The notes beneath the pieces are model-generated. The model searched no databases. It had not been told where the DNA came from and was given only the letters and a program-made list of their open reading frames with translations. Shown here in pieces: positions 18,900 to 29,060 of a stretch of DNA of 64,000 bases. The number at the start of each line of letters is the position of its first letter. Positions within the stretch are counted from its first letter, which is position 1. This DNA is from an uncultured Chloroflexia bacterium (GTDB lineage: Bacteria > Chloroflexota > Limnocylindria > Limnocylindrales > CSP1-4), in assembly GCA_963738685.1 (NCBI GenBank), contig CAVTXK010000002.1, positions 1,603,815 to 1,667,814 on the forward strand. The letters are read 5' to 3'. Both the position numbers and the translations under genes were made by a program.

Positions 18900-19770
18900 G
18901 TGACCGCCCTTGCCCGCCCAGCGCCGCTGCGCGCGGCCGGCGCACCGAGGCGCAGTCGCGCCTCGATCGTCCTCTATGTCCTGCTCACGCTGGGACTCAT
19001 CCTGATGATCGCGCCGTTCGTCTGGATGGTCCTGGGCTCGTTCAAGCCGCAGGGCGAGTTCCTGCGCCTGCCGCCGACCTGGTTGCCCGAGCAGCCGACC
19101 CTCGACAACTACCAGCGCCTCGTCGACCAGCTGGACATGCCGCGCTTCTTCTTCAACTCGATCGTCGTGGCGGCCGTCGTGACCACCGGGACCCTCGTGT
19201 TCGCCCCGATGCTCGGCTATGCCCTGGCCAAGCTCCGGTTCGTCGGCAAGGGCGTGCTCCTGGGCCTCGTCCTTGCGACGTTGATGCTGCCGGGTGCGGC
19301 CATCCTCGTGCCCCAATTCGTGCTGATGAGCGCCCTCGGGTTGGTGAACAGCTACCCGGCGCTGATCCTGCCGTTCCTCGCCGGACCGTTCGGTGTGTTC
19401 CTGACCCGTCAGTTCTTCTCCGGCCTGCCGGACGAGCTGCTCGAGGCCGCCCGCATGGACGGAGCCAGCGAGTTCCGGATCTTCTGGACGATCGCGATGC
19501 CCCTCGCCGGCCCGGTCCTTGCGACCCTGGGCATCCTGACGTTCCTGGGCTCGTGGAATTCGTTCATCTATCCCGCTCGTGATGGCCCAGGAGCCGGAGA
19601 TGTACACGCTGCCGGTGGCCCTGGCGACGTTCGCGACGGGTCAGTACCAGGCCGACCACGGGATGCTCATGGCCGGCGCCCTGGTCCTCGTCCTGCCCAT
19701 CCTCATCATCTTCGTGCTGCTCCAGCGCTGGATCACCGAAGGCATCGCGACGACGGGCCTGAAGGGCTGA
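18900..19770 (+). pseudogene. sugar ABC transporter permease (MalG/UgpE type), one apparent +1 frameshift
   Basis: GTG at 18900 after GGAGG. EAA loop LLEAARMDGASEFRIFWTIAMPLAGP. Removing one C from CCC at 19572-19574 gives NSFIYPLVMAQEPEMYTLPVALATF. Confidence 0.75.
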
Positions 19771-19815
19771 CCCGTCGCCGACGGCCGGAGCGGCCGCCGA
19801 ACAGGAGGTATCGAT

Positions 19816-21345
19816 ATGCGCCAGCGCCGACTCCATCCGCTCATCACGGCCCTCGCGGCGCTGGTCATCGCGGCCGTTGCGTTCCCGGCAGCGGCCGTCG
19901 GCGCGGGCTCGGGCTCGGGCTCGGGCGGCCTGAGCGCCGCGCAGCGCGAGACGCTCCTCGGGTATGCGCGCGACACCTGGGCCTCGTTCGTGGCGATGAC
20001 CGATGCCGATACCGGCCTGCCGGCCGACAGCCTGGCGGCCGACGGCACGCCGAGCATCCAGACGTCGACGACCAACATCGGGGCGTACATGTGGAGCACG
20101 GTGGTCGCGGAGCGCCTCGGGTTCATCGACCACGCCGAGGCCGTGGCCCGGCTGGGTCGGACGCTCCAGTCCCTCGAGACGATGGAGCGGCATGAGCCGA
20201 GTGGGCAGTTTTTCAACTGGTACGACCACACGAACGGCGAGGTCCTGACCGTCTGGCCGCCGACCGGCGCGACGGTGACGCCCATCCTGTCGTCGGTCGA
20301 CAACGGCTGGCTGGCGACCGGGATCCAGGTGGTGGCCAACAGCGTTCCCGAGCTGTCCGGGCGGGCGGGGGACCTTTTCGACAGCATGCACTTCGGCTTC
20401 TACTACCGGCCGGAGGTCAACCGCATCGCCTTCCACTACACCCCGAGCACCGGCGCATCTCCGTGCTGCTACGACACGATCGTCAGCGAGAGCCGGATCG
20501 CGAGCTACATCGGGATCGCCACGGGCGAGCTACCGACCAAGGAGTACTTCGGCGCCTGGCGGACGTTCCCCGACACGTGCGACTGGAGCTGGCCCGAGAC
20601 GAAGCCGGTCGGCTTCCACCGCACGTATCTCGGCGTGGACGTCTTCGAAGGGGCCTACCCGTACGAGGACTTCCGGGTCGTGCCGGGCTGGGGCGGGTCC
20701 ATGTTCGAGGCGCTCATGCCCGCGCTGTTCGTGCCGGAAGAGAAGTGGGGCCCACGCAGCTGGGCCGTCAACCACCCGCTCACGGTCGCCGCGCAGATCC
20801 ACCACGGCCTTGTCGAGGCGGAATATGGCTACTGGGGCTTCTCCCCGGCCAACATCCCCGAAGGCGGCTACTCCGAGTACGGCGTCGACGCGATCGGGAT
20901 GGACCCCGCCGGCTATACGTCGAACGAACAGAAGACGAAGGTCGACCGTGGCTTCGCCGGTTGCCCCGGCCGCGAACCGCAGCCCGACCCGCCGCCGTCG
21001 GCGTACACGAACGGGGTCGTGACCCCGCATGCGGCCTTCCTCGCCCTGCGCTGGGCGCCCGACCGGGTCATGGAGAACCTCGCCAACCTGCAGGCCGACT
21101 TCGATATCTACGACCAATGGGGCTTCCGGGATTCGGTCAACGTCCAGACGGGCGTTGTCTCGGGCGCGTACCTGTCGCTCGACCAGGGCATCATCATGGC
21201 CGCGATCGGCAATGCCCTGGCGGACGACCTGCTGCGCGAGGCGTTCGCGACGAAGGAGTTCCGAAAGGTCCTCCGGCCGGTGATCGGCATGGAGACCTTC
21301 AACGCGGGGCCGCGCGGCGCCGGTGACGCGTTCCTTCGGCCGTGA
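19816..21345 (+). CDS. secreted (alpha/alpha)6 glucoamylase-like / DUF3131-type beta-glucan hydrolase (GH144/GH162-like)
   Basis: 509 aa with a signal peptide. FFNWYDHTNGE, SSVDNGWLATG, YDTIVSESRIASYIG resemble the DUF3131/putative glucoamylase family. Assigned from memory of the family only. Confidence 0.5.
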   Translation: MRQRRLHPLITALAALVIAAVAFPAAAVGAGSGSGSGGLSAAQRETLLGYARDTWASFVAMTDADTGLPADSLAADGTPSIQTSTTNIGAYMWSTVVAERLGFIDHAEAVARLGRTLQSLETMERHEPSGQFFNWYDHTNGEVLTVWPPTGATVTPILSSVDNGWLATGIQVVANSVPELSGRAGDLFDSMHFGFYYRPEVNRIAFHYTPSTGASPCCYDTIVSESRIASYIGIATGELPTKEYFGAWRTFPDTCDWSWPETKPVGFHRTYLGVDVFEGAYPYEDFRVVPGWGGSMFEALMPALFVPEEKWGPRSWAVNHPLTVAAQIHHGLVEAEYGYWGFSPANIPEGGYSEYGVDAIGMDPAGYTSNEQKTKVDRGFAGCPGREPQPDPPPSAYTNGVVTPHAAFLALRWAPDRVMENLANLQADFDIYDQWGFRDSVNVQTGVVSGAYLSLDQGIIMAAIGNALADDLLREAFATKEFRKVLRPVIGMETFNAGPRGAGDAFLRP

Positions 21346-23228
21346 CGACCAAGACCGGGCCCCAGACCGTGCCGTCGGAGGGCCACGGGTCCGCCCGGAT
21401 CGCCTGGTTCGAGACCTTCGGCGCCTCGACCGTACGCGACCGGCCGGCACCGGATGTCGTCCTGCCGGCCCCGACCGACGTCCGCGCCGAGCGTGGCCGC
21501 GGACAGGTGACCGTGTCGTGGTCGCCGGTGGCCGGCGCGGCCGGCTACCTCGTCCATCGCGGCCGGCCTGACGGCGACCTCGCCCCGATCGATCACAAGG
21601 GCGGGGACGTCCTCGCGGTCCCGCACGGGCCGTACGTCGACACGACCGGCGCTATCGACGCCGATCACGTCTACGCGGTGGCCAGCCTGGCCAGTATCGA
21701 CGGGTCCGTCGGGCCGCTGTCCGCGCCAGTCCGTCCCACTCCGACCGCGGGCGACGGCCAAGTCCGCATCGTGGTGGATGCCGCGCGGTCGACCGGCCCG
21801 GTGCATCGGCCATGGCGGCGGATCATCGGCTCCGAGCACCTCGCGATGCTGCTGCGCGGCGAGGGACCCGGCGGGCTCCACGTCGGGGAAGACCTCGCCC
21901 TCGCGTTCCGGATCGTGCGCGCGGAGCTCGGCGTCGAGGCGGTCCGAGCGCACGCCATCCTGCACGACGTCCTGGGCGTGTACCGCGAAGCTCCGGACGG
22001 CACGCCGCAGTACGACTTCAGCAAGGTCGATCTGGCGATCGACGGGCTCCTCGCGACGGGTCTGCGGCCGGTAGTCGAGCTCTCGTTCATGCCGAAGGCC
22101 CTGGCCGCCGACCCGAACGTCAGCGTCTTCGACTATGTGGGGCTGATCTCGCCGCCGCGGGACCTGGACCGATGGTCCGACCTGGTCGAGGCTCTGGTTC
22201 GGCACCTCGTCGAAGGCCACGGCGTCGACGAGGTCGCCCAGTGGGGATTCGAGGTCTGGAACGAGCCGAACATCACGGTCTTCTGGGCCGGCCGCCAGAG
22301 TGACTACTTCGACCTCTACGACGCGACCGCCCGGGCCGTGAAGGCGGTCGACGAGCGCTTGCTCGTGGGCGGACCGTCCACGGCCGCGGCCGGCTGGGTC
22401 GACGACCTGCTCCATCACGCGAACGAGACCGGCGTCCCGGTCGACTTCGTGAGTACCCACACGTACGGCGCGCCGCCGCTCGACGTGCAGCCGATCCTCG
22501 AGCGGCACGGTCGCCCCGACCTCCCGATCTGGTGGACCGAATGGGGCGTCAGCCCGACCCACGGCGGGGCGGTGAACGACAGCGTCTGGGGGGCGCCGCT
22601 CGTGAGCCGTGGCATGCGGTCGGCGGCCGGTCGGGTCGACGCGTTGGCCTACTGGGTCGCCTCCGACCAGTTCGTCGAGCTCGGGGTGCCCGAGCGGCTG
22701 TTCCACGGCGGGTTCGGGCTCCTCACGATCGGCGGACTGCGCAAGCCGCGGTTCTGGGCGATCGCGATCCTCGAACGCCTGGGCGATGAGGAGTTGGCCG
22801 TTCGGTCGGATGGCGATGGGGCAGGCGGCCTCGTCGAGGCGTGGGCGAGCCGCGACGCCGACCCCGTCGCCGGGCAGCGGATCGCCGTCGCGATCTGGAA
22901 TGGGAGCCTTGATCAGTCCAAGACCGACGGCGATGACCGTCTCGGCCGGCACGTGACGTTGGAGATCACGGGACTGGCGCCGGGCGACTACCGCGTCGAC
23001 CATCAGCGGGTCGACCACGAGCACTCGAACATCGCCCGGGTCTGGGCGTCGCTCAGCGGTGGGGATTGGCCCACGGCGGACGAATGGGGGCGGCTGCGGG
23101 CGGCGGACCGCCTCGAGACGCTCGGGCCGGAGGAGCGCATCGAGGTGGGCGGCGATGGGGCCGCGCGCCTGGCGTTCGACCTGCCCATGCCGGCGATCTC
23201 GTTCGTGGAGCTTCGCGCGACGACCTGA
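21342..23228 (+). CDS. GH39-like glycoside hydrolase with N-terminal FN3-like module
   Basis: 628 aa. WGFEVWNEPN (acid/base motif), IWWTEWG (nucleophile region). The N-terminal VTVSWSPVAGAAGYLVHR is FN3-like. Confidence 0.65.
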   Translation: MTTKTGPQTVPSEGHGSARIAWFETFGASTVRDRPAPDVVLPAPTDVRAERGRGQVTVSWSPVAGAAGYLVHRGRPDGDLAPIDHKGGDVLAVPHGPYVDTTGAIDADHVYAVASLASIDGSVGPLSAPVRPTPTAGDGQVRIVVDAARSTGPVHRPWRRIIGSEHLAMLLRGEGPGGLHVGEDLALAFRIVRAELGVEAVRAHAILHDVLGVYREAPDGTPQYDFSKVDLAIDGLLATGLRPVVELSFMPKALAADPNVSVFDYVGLISPPRDLDRWSDLVEALVRHLVEGHGVDEVAQWGFEVWNEPNITVFWAGRQSDYFDLYDATARAVKAVDERLLVGGPSTAAAGWVDDLLHHANETGVPVDFVSTHTYGAPPLDVQPILERHGRPDLPIWWTEWGVSPTHGGAVNDSVWGAPLVSRGMRSAAGRVDALAYWVASDQFVELGVPERLFHGGFGLLTIGGLRKPRFWAIAILERLGDEELAVRSDGDGAGGLVEAWASRDADPVAGQRIAVAIWNGSLDQSKTDGDDRLGRHVTLEITGLAPGDYRVDHQRVDHEHSNIARVWASLSGGDWPTADEWGRLRAADRLETLGPEERIEVGGDGAARLAFDLPMPAISFVELRATT

Positions 23229-23255
23229 AGTCGCGCCCGCGCCATCCGGGAGACA

Positions 23256-25070
23256 ATGGTCCGGATGCCCATCGACGACCCGACCGACGACCCGACACCC
23301 GACCAACTCGCGCCCGACGGCTTCAGCGCCTTCGAGCTCGACGCGCGCCTGCTCGAGGCGATCACGGGCCTCGGCTACGAGGAACCCACGCCGATCCAGC
23401 GCGAGGCCATCCCGCTGCTGCTCGCTGGCCGCGACCTCCTCGCCGAGGCGCCGACCGGGACCGGCAAGACGGCGGCGTTCGCGCTACCGGTCCTCCAGCG
23501 GATCGCGATCGGGGAGGCGGGGCCCGGCCGGACGCGAGCGCTGGTCGTCGTCCCGACGCGCGAGCTCGCGATGCAGGTCGCCGAGGCGTTCCATGCCTAT
23601 GGCAAGGGCATGGGCGCCCGGGTCGTGCCGGTCTACGGCGGGCAGCCCATCGGGCAACAGCTCCGCGGCCTGCGCCGCGGCGTCGATGTCGTCGTCGCGA
23701 CCCCGGGTCGCGCGGTCGATCACCTCAAGCGCGGCAGCCTGTCCTTCGAGGAAGTCGATGTCGTCGTGCTCGACGAGGCGGACGAGATGCTCGACATGGG
23801 CTTCGCCGAGGACCTCGACACGATCTTGTCGGCGACGCCGGCCGAACGCCAGACCGCGCTATTCTCAGCCACGATCTCGCCGACCATCACGCGCATCGCC
23901 AAGCGGCACCTGCGCGAGCCCGCCCGGATCTCGGTCAAGGCCGAGCGGCCGGCCGGCGATGGGGCCGCCCTGGTCCGCCAGACCGCGTACGTCGTGCGCC
24001 GCGTCGACAAGCTGGCCGCGCTCTGTCGCATCCTCGACGTCGAGGACCCGACGTCCGCGCTGATATTCGCCCGGACGCGCGGTGAGGTCGACGACCTGGC
24101 GGAGGCGCTTAGCAGCCGTGGCCACGACGCGGGGGCGCTCCATGGCGGGCTGGCCCAGGAGGCCCGCGATCGGGTCATGGGCCGCTTCCGTGACGGATCA
24201 CTGGACGTGCTCGTGGCGACGGACGTCGCGGCGCGCGGCCTCGACATCGAACACGTGAGTCACGTCGTCAACTACGACGTGCCGTCCGACCCCGATGCCT
24301 ATGTGCATCGCATCGGCCGGACGGGCCGGGCTGGGCGCGAGGGCGTGGCGATCACGCTGGTCGAGCCCCGCGAGCATCGACTGCTTCGCAACATCGAGTC
24401 GGCCACCAAGTCGAAGCTCGAGATCGCCCGGCTGCCGACGGTCGCCGACCTGCGCGAGCGGCGGCTCGAGCTGCTGCGCGCGAACCTGCGCGATGCGCTG
24501 GAGACCGGCGGCCACGATCGACTGCGGGGCGTGGTCGAGCCACTCTCCGACGAGTTCGACCTGGTCGACATCGCCCTGGCGGCGGTCAGCCTGATCGAGG
24601 GCGCCGAGACCAGGGATGAGGACGAGGTGGAGCTTGCCCAGGCGTCACTCCAGCCGTCCGGCCCGGCGCGCGGACCAGTCGGGCGGCCGGGGTCGGGCGG
24701 GTCGTGGCAGCCGCGGCGGGGTGGGCCACCGCCGTTCCCTCGACCCGGTGCCGGGGCCGGCGGCGGGCGCGGTGCGCCACGGGCGGCAGGTGCCCGGGGC
24801 CCGCGTGGTCCGGAGGCCGACGGCTGGCAGCAGCTCTGGATCGGCGGCGGCCGGCGCGCCGGTCTCCGGCCGGGCGATCTCGTCGGCGCCATCGCCAACG
24901 AGGCCGGCGTGCCCGGATCCGTCGTCGGAGCGATCCAGCTCTTCGATGACTTCGCACTCGTCGACGTCCAGGGCCAGGTCGCGGATGCGGTCGAGCACGC
25001 CCTGCGCAACGCCACGATCCGCGGCCAGAAGCTCCCCGTTCGCCGCGAGCGAGCGCCCGGCCGTCGCTGA
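23256..25070 (+). CDS. DEAD-box ATP-dependent RNA helicase with Gly/Arg-rich linker and DbpA-like C-terminal RNA-binding domain
   Basis: 604 aa. Q motif, AEAPTGTGKT, DEAD, SAT, HRIGRTGRAG. Confidence 0.9.
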   Translation: MVRMPIDDPTDDPTPDQLAPDGFSAFELDARLLEAITGLGYEEPTPIQREAIPLLLAGRDLLAEAPTGTGKTAAFALPVLQRIAIGEAGPGRTRALVVVPTRELAMQVAEAFHAYGKGMGARVVPVYGGQPIGQQLRGLRRGVDVVVATPGRAVDHLKRGSLSFEEVDVVVLDEADEMLDMGFAEDLDTILSATPAERQTALFSATISPTITRIAKRHLREPARISVKAERPAGDGAALVRQTAYVVRRVDKLAALCRILDVEDPTSALIFARTRGEVDDLAEALSSRGHDAGALHGGLAQEARDRVMGRFRDGSLDVLVATDVAARGLDIEHVSHVVNYDVPSDPDAYVHRIGRTGRAGREGVAITLVEPREHRLLRNIESATKSKLEIARLPTVADLRERRLELLRANLRDALETGGHDRLRGVVEPLSDEFDLVDIALAAVSLIEGAETRDEDEVELAQASLQPSGPARGPVGRPGSGGSWQPRRGGPPPFPRPGAGAGGGRGAPRAAGARGPRGPEADGWQQLWIGGGRRAGLRPGDLVGAIANEAGVPGSVVGAIQLFDDFALVDVQGQVADAVEHALRNATIRGQKLPVRRERAPGRR

Positions 25071-25080
25071 ACCGACGGCC

Positions 25081-26595
25081 TCAGCGGCCGAGGAGCTGAT
25101 CCACCGGGGCGAAGTCGTCGGTCAGGACCTGGGCGTCGCCGATGAATTCCGCCACGTCGGCCGGATCGGCGAGGATCCCGGTCGAGTCGCCCTCGCCCCA
25201 GGTCTCGATCCCGGCCGTCACCGCGGCCACATCCAGCGGTTCGGCACTCGCGACCAGCACGACATTCCCGCCGGTCTCTCCGGCCAACGTCGACCCGCTG
25301 CTGATGACCGCTACGTTCCCGAACCGCTGAGCCGCGGTCGCCGCCTCGGCCCGAACGAAGCCGAGCGGTGGATAGTCGATCAGGTTCATCACGTACATCC
25401 CGCCCGGGCGTAACACGCGCACCACCTCATCGAGGAACTCCGTGGTCGTGAGGTGCCACGGCACGGCGAGCCCGCCGAACGCGTCGCCGACCACGAGGTC
25501 GAACGCGTCGTCCGGCAATCCCTCGATGGATCGCCGCGCGTCTCCGACGACCACATCGATCGACTCGCTCGGCGCGAACCCCAGCTGTTCGCGCGCAACC
25601 TGCAGGACCCGCGGATCGAGCTCGAGGACGGTCTGCCCGGCGACCGGCCGGGTCGCCTCGAGATAGCGCGGGAACGTGAAGCCGCCACCGCCGACATGCA
25701 GCACCTCGACCGGTCGATCCAGCCCGTCCAGGTACGGTCCGGCAGCGTCGGCGAACCTCCGGATGTAGCCGAACTCGATATCGGTCGGGTCGGCCAGGTC
25801 GACCTGCGCGTGCGACAAGGTGTCGAGGACGAGGACCCGGCTGTCGGGATCGCTCGCGTCGACTTCGACCGCGATGCAGTAGTAGGCGCTCTCGGTGTCG
25901 CACGGGGAGGGGCCGGCCAGGGCGAGACCGCCCATGGCGACCGCGGCGACTGCCAGTACCCCGGTCCGCGGCCCGCCGCCACGACGCAGTGCGAACGTCA
26001 GCGCGAGCCCGATGACGACGAGCAACGCACCGACCGCGACGATCAGCATGCGCGTCGGGACCAGCCCGAGCAGCACGAATCCGGTCAGGAAGGTCCCGCT
26101 GATGGCCCCGGCCGTCCCGATGGCCGACAGCCGCCCCACGATCGAGCCGCTCGTCGCGACGTCGGTGAGGGTGGCCCGCACGATCATCGGCCCGACTGCG
26201 GACAGGATGGCTGCCGGAGCCACGAACGCGGTGGTCGCCAAGGTGACGATCGCCGGGAACCCGTCGCCCAGCCCGACCGGCCCCAGGGCCCCGACGATGG
26301 GGACGGCGGCGATCGCCGCGATCCCGCCGAGCACGAACGACGGCCCCAGCAGTGGCAGCGGGCCGAAGGCGTCTGCCGCTCGACCGCCGAGCCACGCCCC
26401 GATGGCGATGCCGGCCAGGATGGCGCCGATGATCCCGGTGTACGTCGTGAGCGACACCCCGACATACGGAGCCAGCAACCGGCCGGCGGCGATCTCGAGG
26501 ACGAGGACGCAGCCCGCGGCGAGGAACGTGAGCGCCGCAGCGACGGGCCAGGCCAGGCGGCGATCGCCGGCGGCGCCGGGCTGTGGGTCAGACAA
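25081..26595 (-). CDS. membrane-fused spermidine-synthase-like (class I SAM-dependent aminopropyl/methyl-transferase fold) protein
   Basis: About 7 N-terminal TM helices, then VLHVGGGGFTFPRYL, LDPRVLQVAREQLGF, VVGDAF, LRPGGMYVMN. Start taken as the TTG at 26595, overlapping the upstream stop. The Arg-rich N-terminus of the track ORF was rejected. Confidence 0.65.
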   Translation of the reverse strand: MSDPQPGAAGDRRLAWPVAAALTFLAAGCVLVLEIAAGRLLAPYVGVSLTTYTGIIGAILAGIAIGAWLGGRAADAFGPLPLLGPSFVLGGIAAIAAVPIVGALGPVGLGDGFPAIVTLATTAFVAPAAILSAVGPMIVRATLTDVATSGSIVGRLSAIGTAGAISGTFLTGFVLLGLVPTRMLIVAVGALLVVIGLALTFALRRGGGPRTGVLAVAAVAMGGLALAGPSPCDTESAYYCIAVEVDASDPDSRVLVLDTLSHAQVDLADPTDIEFGYIRRFADAAGPYLDGLDRPVEVLHVGGGGFTFPRYLEATRPVAGQTVLELDPRVLQVAREQLGFAPSESIDVVVGDARRSIEGLPDDAFDLVVGDAFGGLAVPWHLTTTEFLDEVVRVLRPGGMYVMNLIDYPPLGFVRAEAATAAQRFGNVAVISSGSTLAGETGGNVVLVASAEPLDVAAVTAGIETWGEGDSTGILADPADVAEFIGDAQVLTDDFAPVDQLLGR

Positions 26596-27463
26596 GTGGC
26601 GCGACGTCCCGGGCGAACCGCTCGGCATGGGCGACCACCTCGGCCGGGTCGGTCGTGTCGAACCACAGGGCGACGTGGCTGACCCCGACAGCTTCGAACG
26701 CGCGGACCTCGGCCGCCATCTCCTCGGGCGTGCCGCGAATCGCGTAGTAGCGGTTGGTCGCCTCGCCGAACTCGGTGAAGGCTCGGGCCGTGAGGGTCGG
26801 CATCGGTCGGCCGGCGGCGTCCGCGGCAGCCCGGATGATCGGTACGCGAGCGGCGTACTTCGCAGCGCTCGTGGCGTTCGGCTGGTAACCGTCCCCGAGC
26901 GTGCCGGCTCGCCGGAGCGCGGCCTCGGCGCGGCCGCCGACGATGATCGGCAAGGCAGCACCCTGAGCGGGGAGGGGACCGAACGCGAAGTCGTCGATCG
27001 TGTGGAAGCGTCCGTGGAACGGCTCGACCGAGCCGGACCAGAGGTGGCGCCACAGTCGGATGGTTTCGTCGAGGTAGGCACCGCGCACGTGGTAGCGCTC
27101 GGCCACGCCCACATTCGCGAACTCGGGCTGGCTCCAGCCGACCCCGACGCCGGCCATGACCCGGCCGTCGCTGAGGGCATCGAGCGTGGCCAGCTCCTTG
27201 GCGAGGATCACAGCGTTGCGGTACGGGACGACGATGACGCTCGTCCCGAGGCGCACCCGAGCGTACTTCGCGCCGATCCAGGCAAGGCTCAGGACCGCCT
27301 CGTAGACGCGTCCGTAGTCGTCGGCATCCTCCTTGGCGACGAGCAGATGGTCGGTGGTCCAGACGGTCGACCAGCCGAGCCGCTCGGCGACCTCGGCGGC
27401 CGCCTCCAGGCCCTCGCGCGATGCGCCATCACGGAAGTTGGGGAGACACAAGCCGTAGTCCAC
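26588..27463 (-). CDS. LLM-class (luciferase-like) F420-dependent oxidoreductase
   Basis: 291 aa. MDYGLCLPNF, WTTDHLL, GRVMAGVGVGW. Typical TIGR03619-like layout. Confidence 0.8.
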   Translation of the reverse strand: MDYGLCLPNFRDGASREGLEAAAEVAERLGWSTVWTTDHLLVAKEDADDYGRVYEAVLSLAWIGAKYARVRLGTSVIVVPYRNAVILAKELATLDALSDGRVMAGVGVGWSQPEFANVGVAERYHVRGAYLDETIRLWRHLWSGSVEPFHGRFHTIDDFAFGPLPAQGAALPIIVGGRAEAALRRAGTLGDGYQPNATSAAKYAARVPIIRAAADAAGRPMPTLTARAFTEFGEATNRYYAIRGTPEEMAAEVRAFEAVGVSHVALWFDTTDPAEVVAHAERFARDVAPLV

Positions 27464-27522
27464 GGCACGGATGGTAGCCGGAGCTGCGGTTCGTAACGGT
27501 TCGGTGACGTCGAGGCGCTATC

Positions 27523-28317
27523 GTGATGAGCCGCGATGCCCGACCGATACCCGTTGCTGGCGAGGTGCCGTTCGTGACGAACCAACCGCTGAGTCTTCTC
27601 GAGCGGATGGATCAGACCATCCGCCGAAGCCCGGTCTGGCGCTCGCTGTTCCGACAGCCGTACCCGCGCGACGAGCGGTCGCGCGCGTACGCGGTCATGA
27701 ACAACGTGTTCCTGCACATCCACCCGGTCCGCGTCCGCCAGCACGCGGTCAAGTTCGCCTACACGTTCTGCCTGGGTGGCCTGACGTTCTTCTTGTTCCT
27801 CGTGCTGACGATCACCGGCGTGTACCTGATGTTCTTCTACGTGCCCAGCGCCACGCTGGCCTACACCAACATCTTGGAGATCCAGAGCCAGGTGACGTTC
27901 GGCCTGTTGACCCGCAACATCCACCGGTGGGGCGCCCACCTGATGGTCTTCTTCGTGTTCCTGCACATGATGCGGGTCTTCTACCACGGGGCCTACAAGC
28001 CGCCGCGCGAGTTCAACTGGGTGGTCGGGGTGGTGCTCCTGTTCCTGACCATCATGATGAGCTTCTCGGGTTATCTGCTGCCGTGGGACCAGATCGCCTT
28101 CTGGGCGATCACGATCGGCACGAACTTCGGCTCGTACTTCCCGATCGTCGCGACCCCGGTGAACCGGCTCCTGCTCGGTGGCGTCGAGGTCGGGCAGAAC
28201 ACGCTGCTGCGCTTCTACGTCCTCCACATCATGTTCCTGCCCTTGCTCACGGCCGTCTTCCTGGCCGTCCACTTCTGGCGCATCCGCAAGGACGGTGGGA
28301 TCTCCGGGCCGCTCTGA
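27523..28317 (+). CDS. di-haem cytochrome b, b6-type N-terminal domain only (4 TM)
   Basis: 264 aa. Helix B NIHRWGAHLMVFFVFLH (His i/i+14). Helix D LHIMFLPLLTAVFLAVH (His i/i+15, the b6-type spacing). PWDQIAFWA (PEWY-region analogue). Confidence 0.8.
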   Translation: MMSRDARPIPVAGEVPFVTNQPLSLLERMDQTIRRSPVWRSLFRQPYPRDERSRAYAVMNNVFLHIHPVRVRQHAVKFAYTFCLGGLTFFLFLVLTITGVYLMFFYVPSATLAYTNILEIQSQVTFGLLTRNIHRWGAHLMVFFVFLHMMRVFYHGAYKPPREFNWVVGVVLLFLTIMMSFSGYLLPWDQIAFWAITIGTNFGSYFPIVATPVNRLLLGGVEVGQNTLLRFYVLHIMFLPLLTAVFLAVHFWRIRKDGGISGPL

Positions 28318-28331
28318 CTCGAATGTGACGA

Positions 28332-28367
28332 CACCCGGCTCGGGATTTGGGGATCCCGAGCCGGGTG
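28332..28367. terminator. bidirectional hairpin between convergent genes
   Basis: Perfect 15-bp stem CACCCGGCTCGGGAT / ATCCCGAGCCGGGTG with loop TTGGGG. Confidence 0.6.
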
Positions 28368-28391
28368 CAGGGCGCTGGGTCGGTCGCCGGC

Positions 28392-29060
28392 TCAGCCAGG
28401 CGTGTCCAGGCCCTCCTGCAGGAAGGTCTCGATGTCGTCCGCGTCGATCGCAGCGCGGAAGGTGAGGATCAGGACCCGGTCGTGGAGCATCGCGTCGCCG
28501 TCGATGTCGTGCTCCGGCTGGACCATGACGAACCGGCCGGCCTCGCGATCGATGAACAGCGCCAATCGGTTGTCGCCGGGGCGGTCGACCCAGGTCAGGC
28601 GCAGCGTGTGGTCATCGATGTTCTCGACCTGGAGCGTGTAGGGCTCGACTGACGCGCTGGCGGTCGGGATCCCGGTCTCGGCCGTCACGACACCGAACTG
28701 GTCGTCGACGATGTCGACGGTGACGGTGTGGCCGGTCAGCGTCTCGAGATCGACGGTGATCGGCATCGCGTCGACCCCATCGCTCGGCTCGGCGGTCGGC
28801 TCCGGCTCGGCGGTCGGCTCGGGCTCGACCGTCGGGTCGGGCGACGGCGCCTCGCTGGGCACCGGTGCCGGCGTCACGACGGGCGTGCCTGACGGCGTGC
28901 CGACCGGAGCCGAAGACGGCTTGACGGTCGGTGTCGGTGTCGGCGTCGCCGGCGACTCCCCGCCGAATGCCGCAACGGCCGCGATCGATCCGGCCACGAT
29001 CAGGCCGGCGAGAAGGAGGATCAGGGCGGCGCATCGGCGGCCCGCGGTCTGCTTGTTCAT
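28392..29060 (-). CDS. membrane-anchored extracytoplasmic protein; C-terminal domain paralogous to the anti-sigma factor at 10958..11698
   Basis: 222 aa. N-terminal TM helix ALILLLAGLIVAGSIAAVAAF, (P/T/E)-rich linker, then ITVDLETL...LQVENIDDHTLRLTWVD...RVLILTF, which aligns with VDLIEHV...VRVENDPADPSTVVLTWGG...HVLRLTF. Confidence 0.6.
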   Translation of the reverse strand: MNKQTAGRRCAALILLLAGLIVAGSIAAVAAFGGESPATPTPTPTVKPSSAPVGTPSGTPVVTPAPVPSEAPSPDPTVEPEPTAEPEPTAEPSDGVDAMPITVDLETLTGHTVTVDIVDDQFGVVTAETGIPTASASVEPYTLQVENIDDHTLRLTWVDRPGDNRLALFIDREAGRFVMVQPEHDIDGDAMLHDRVLILTFRAAIDADDIETFLQEGLDTPG

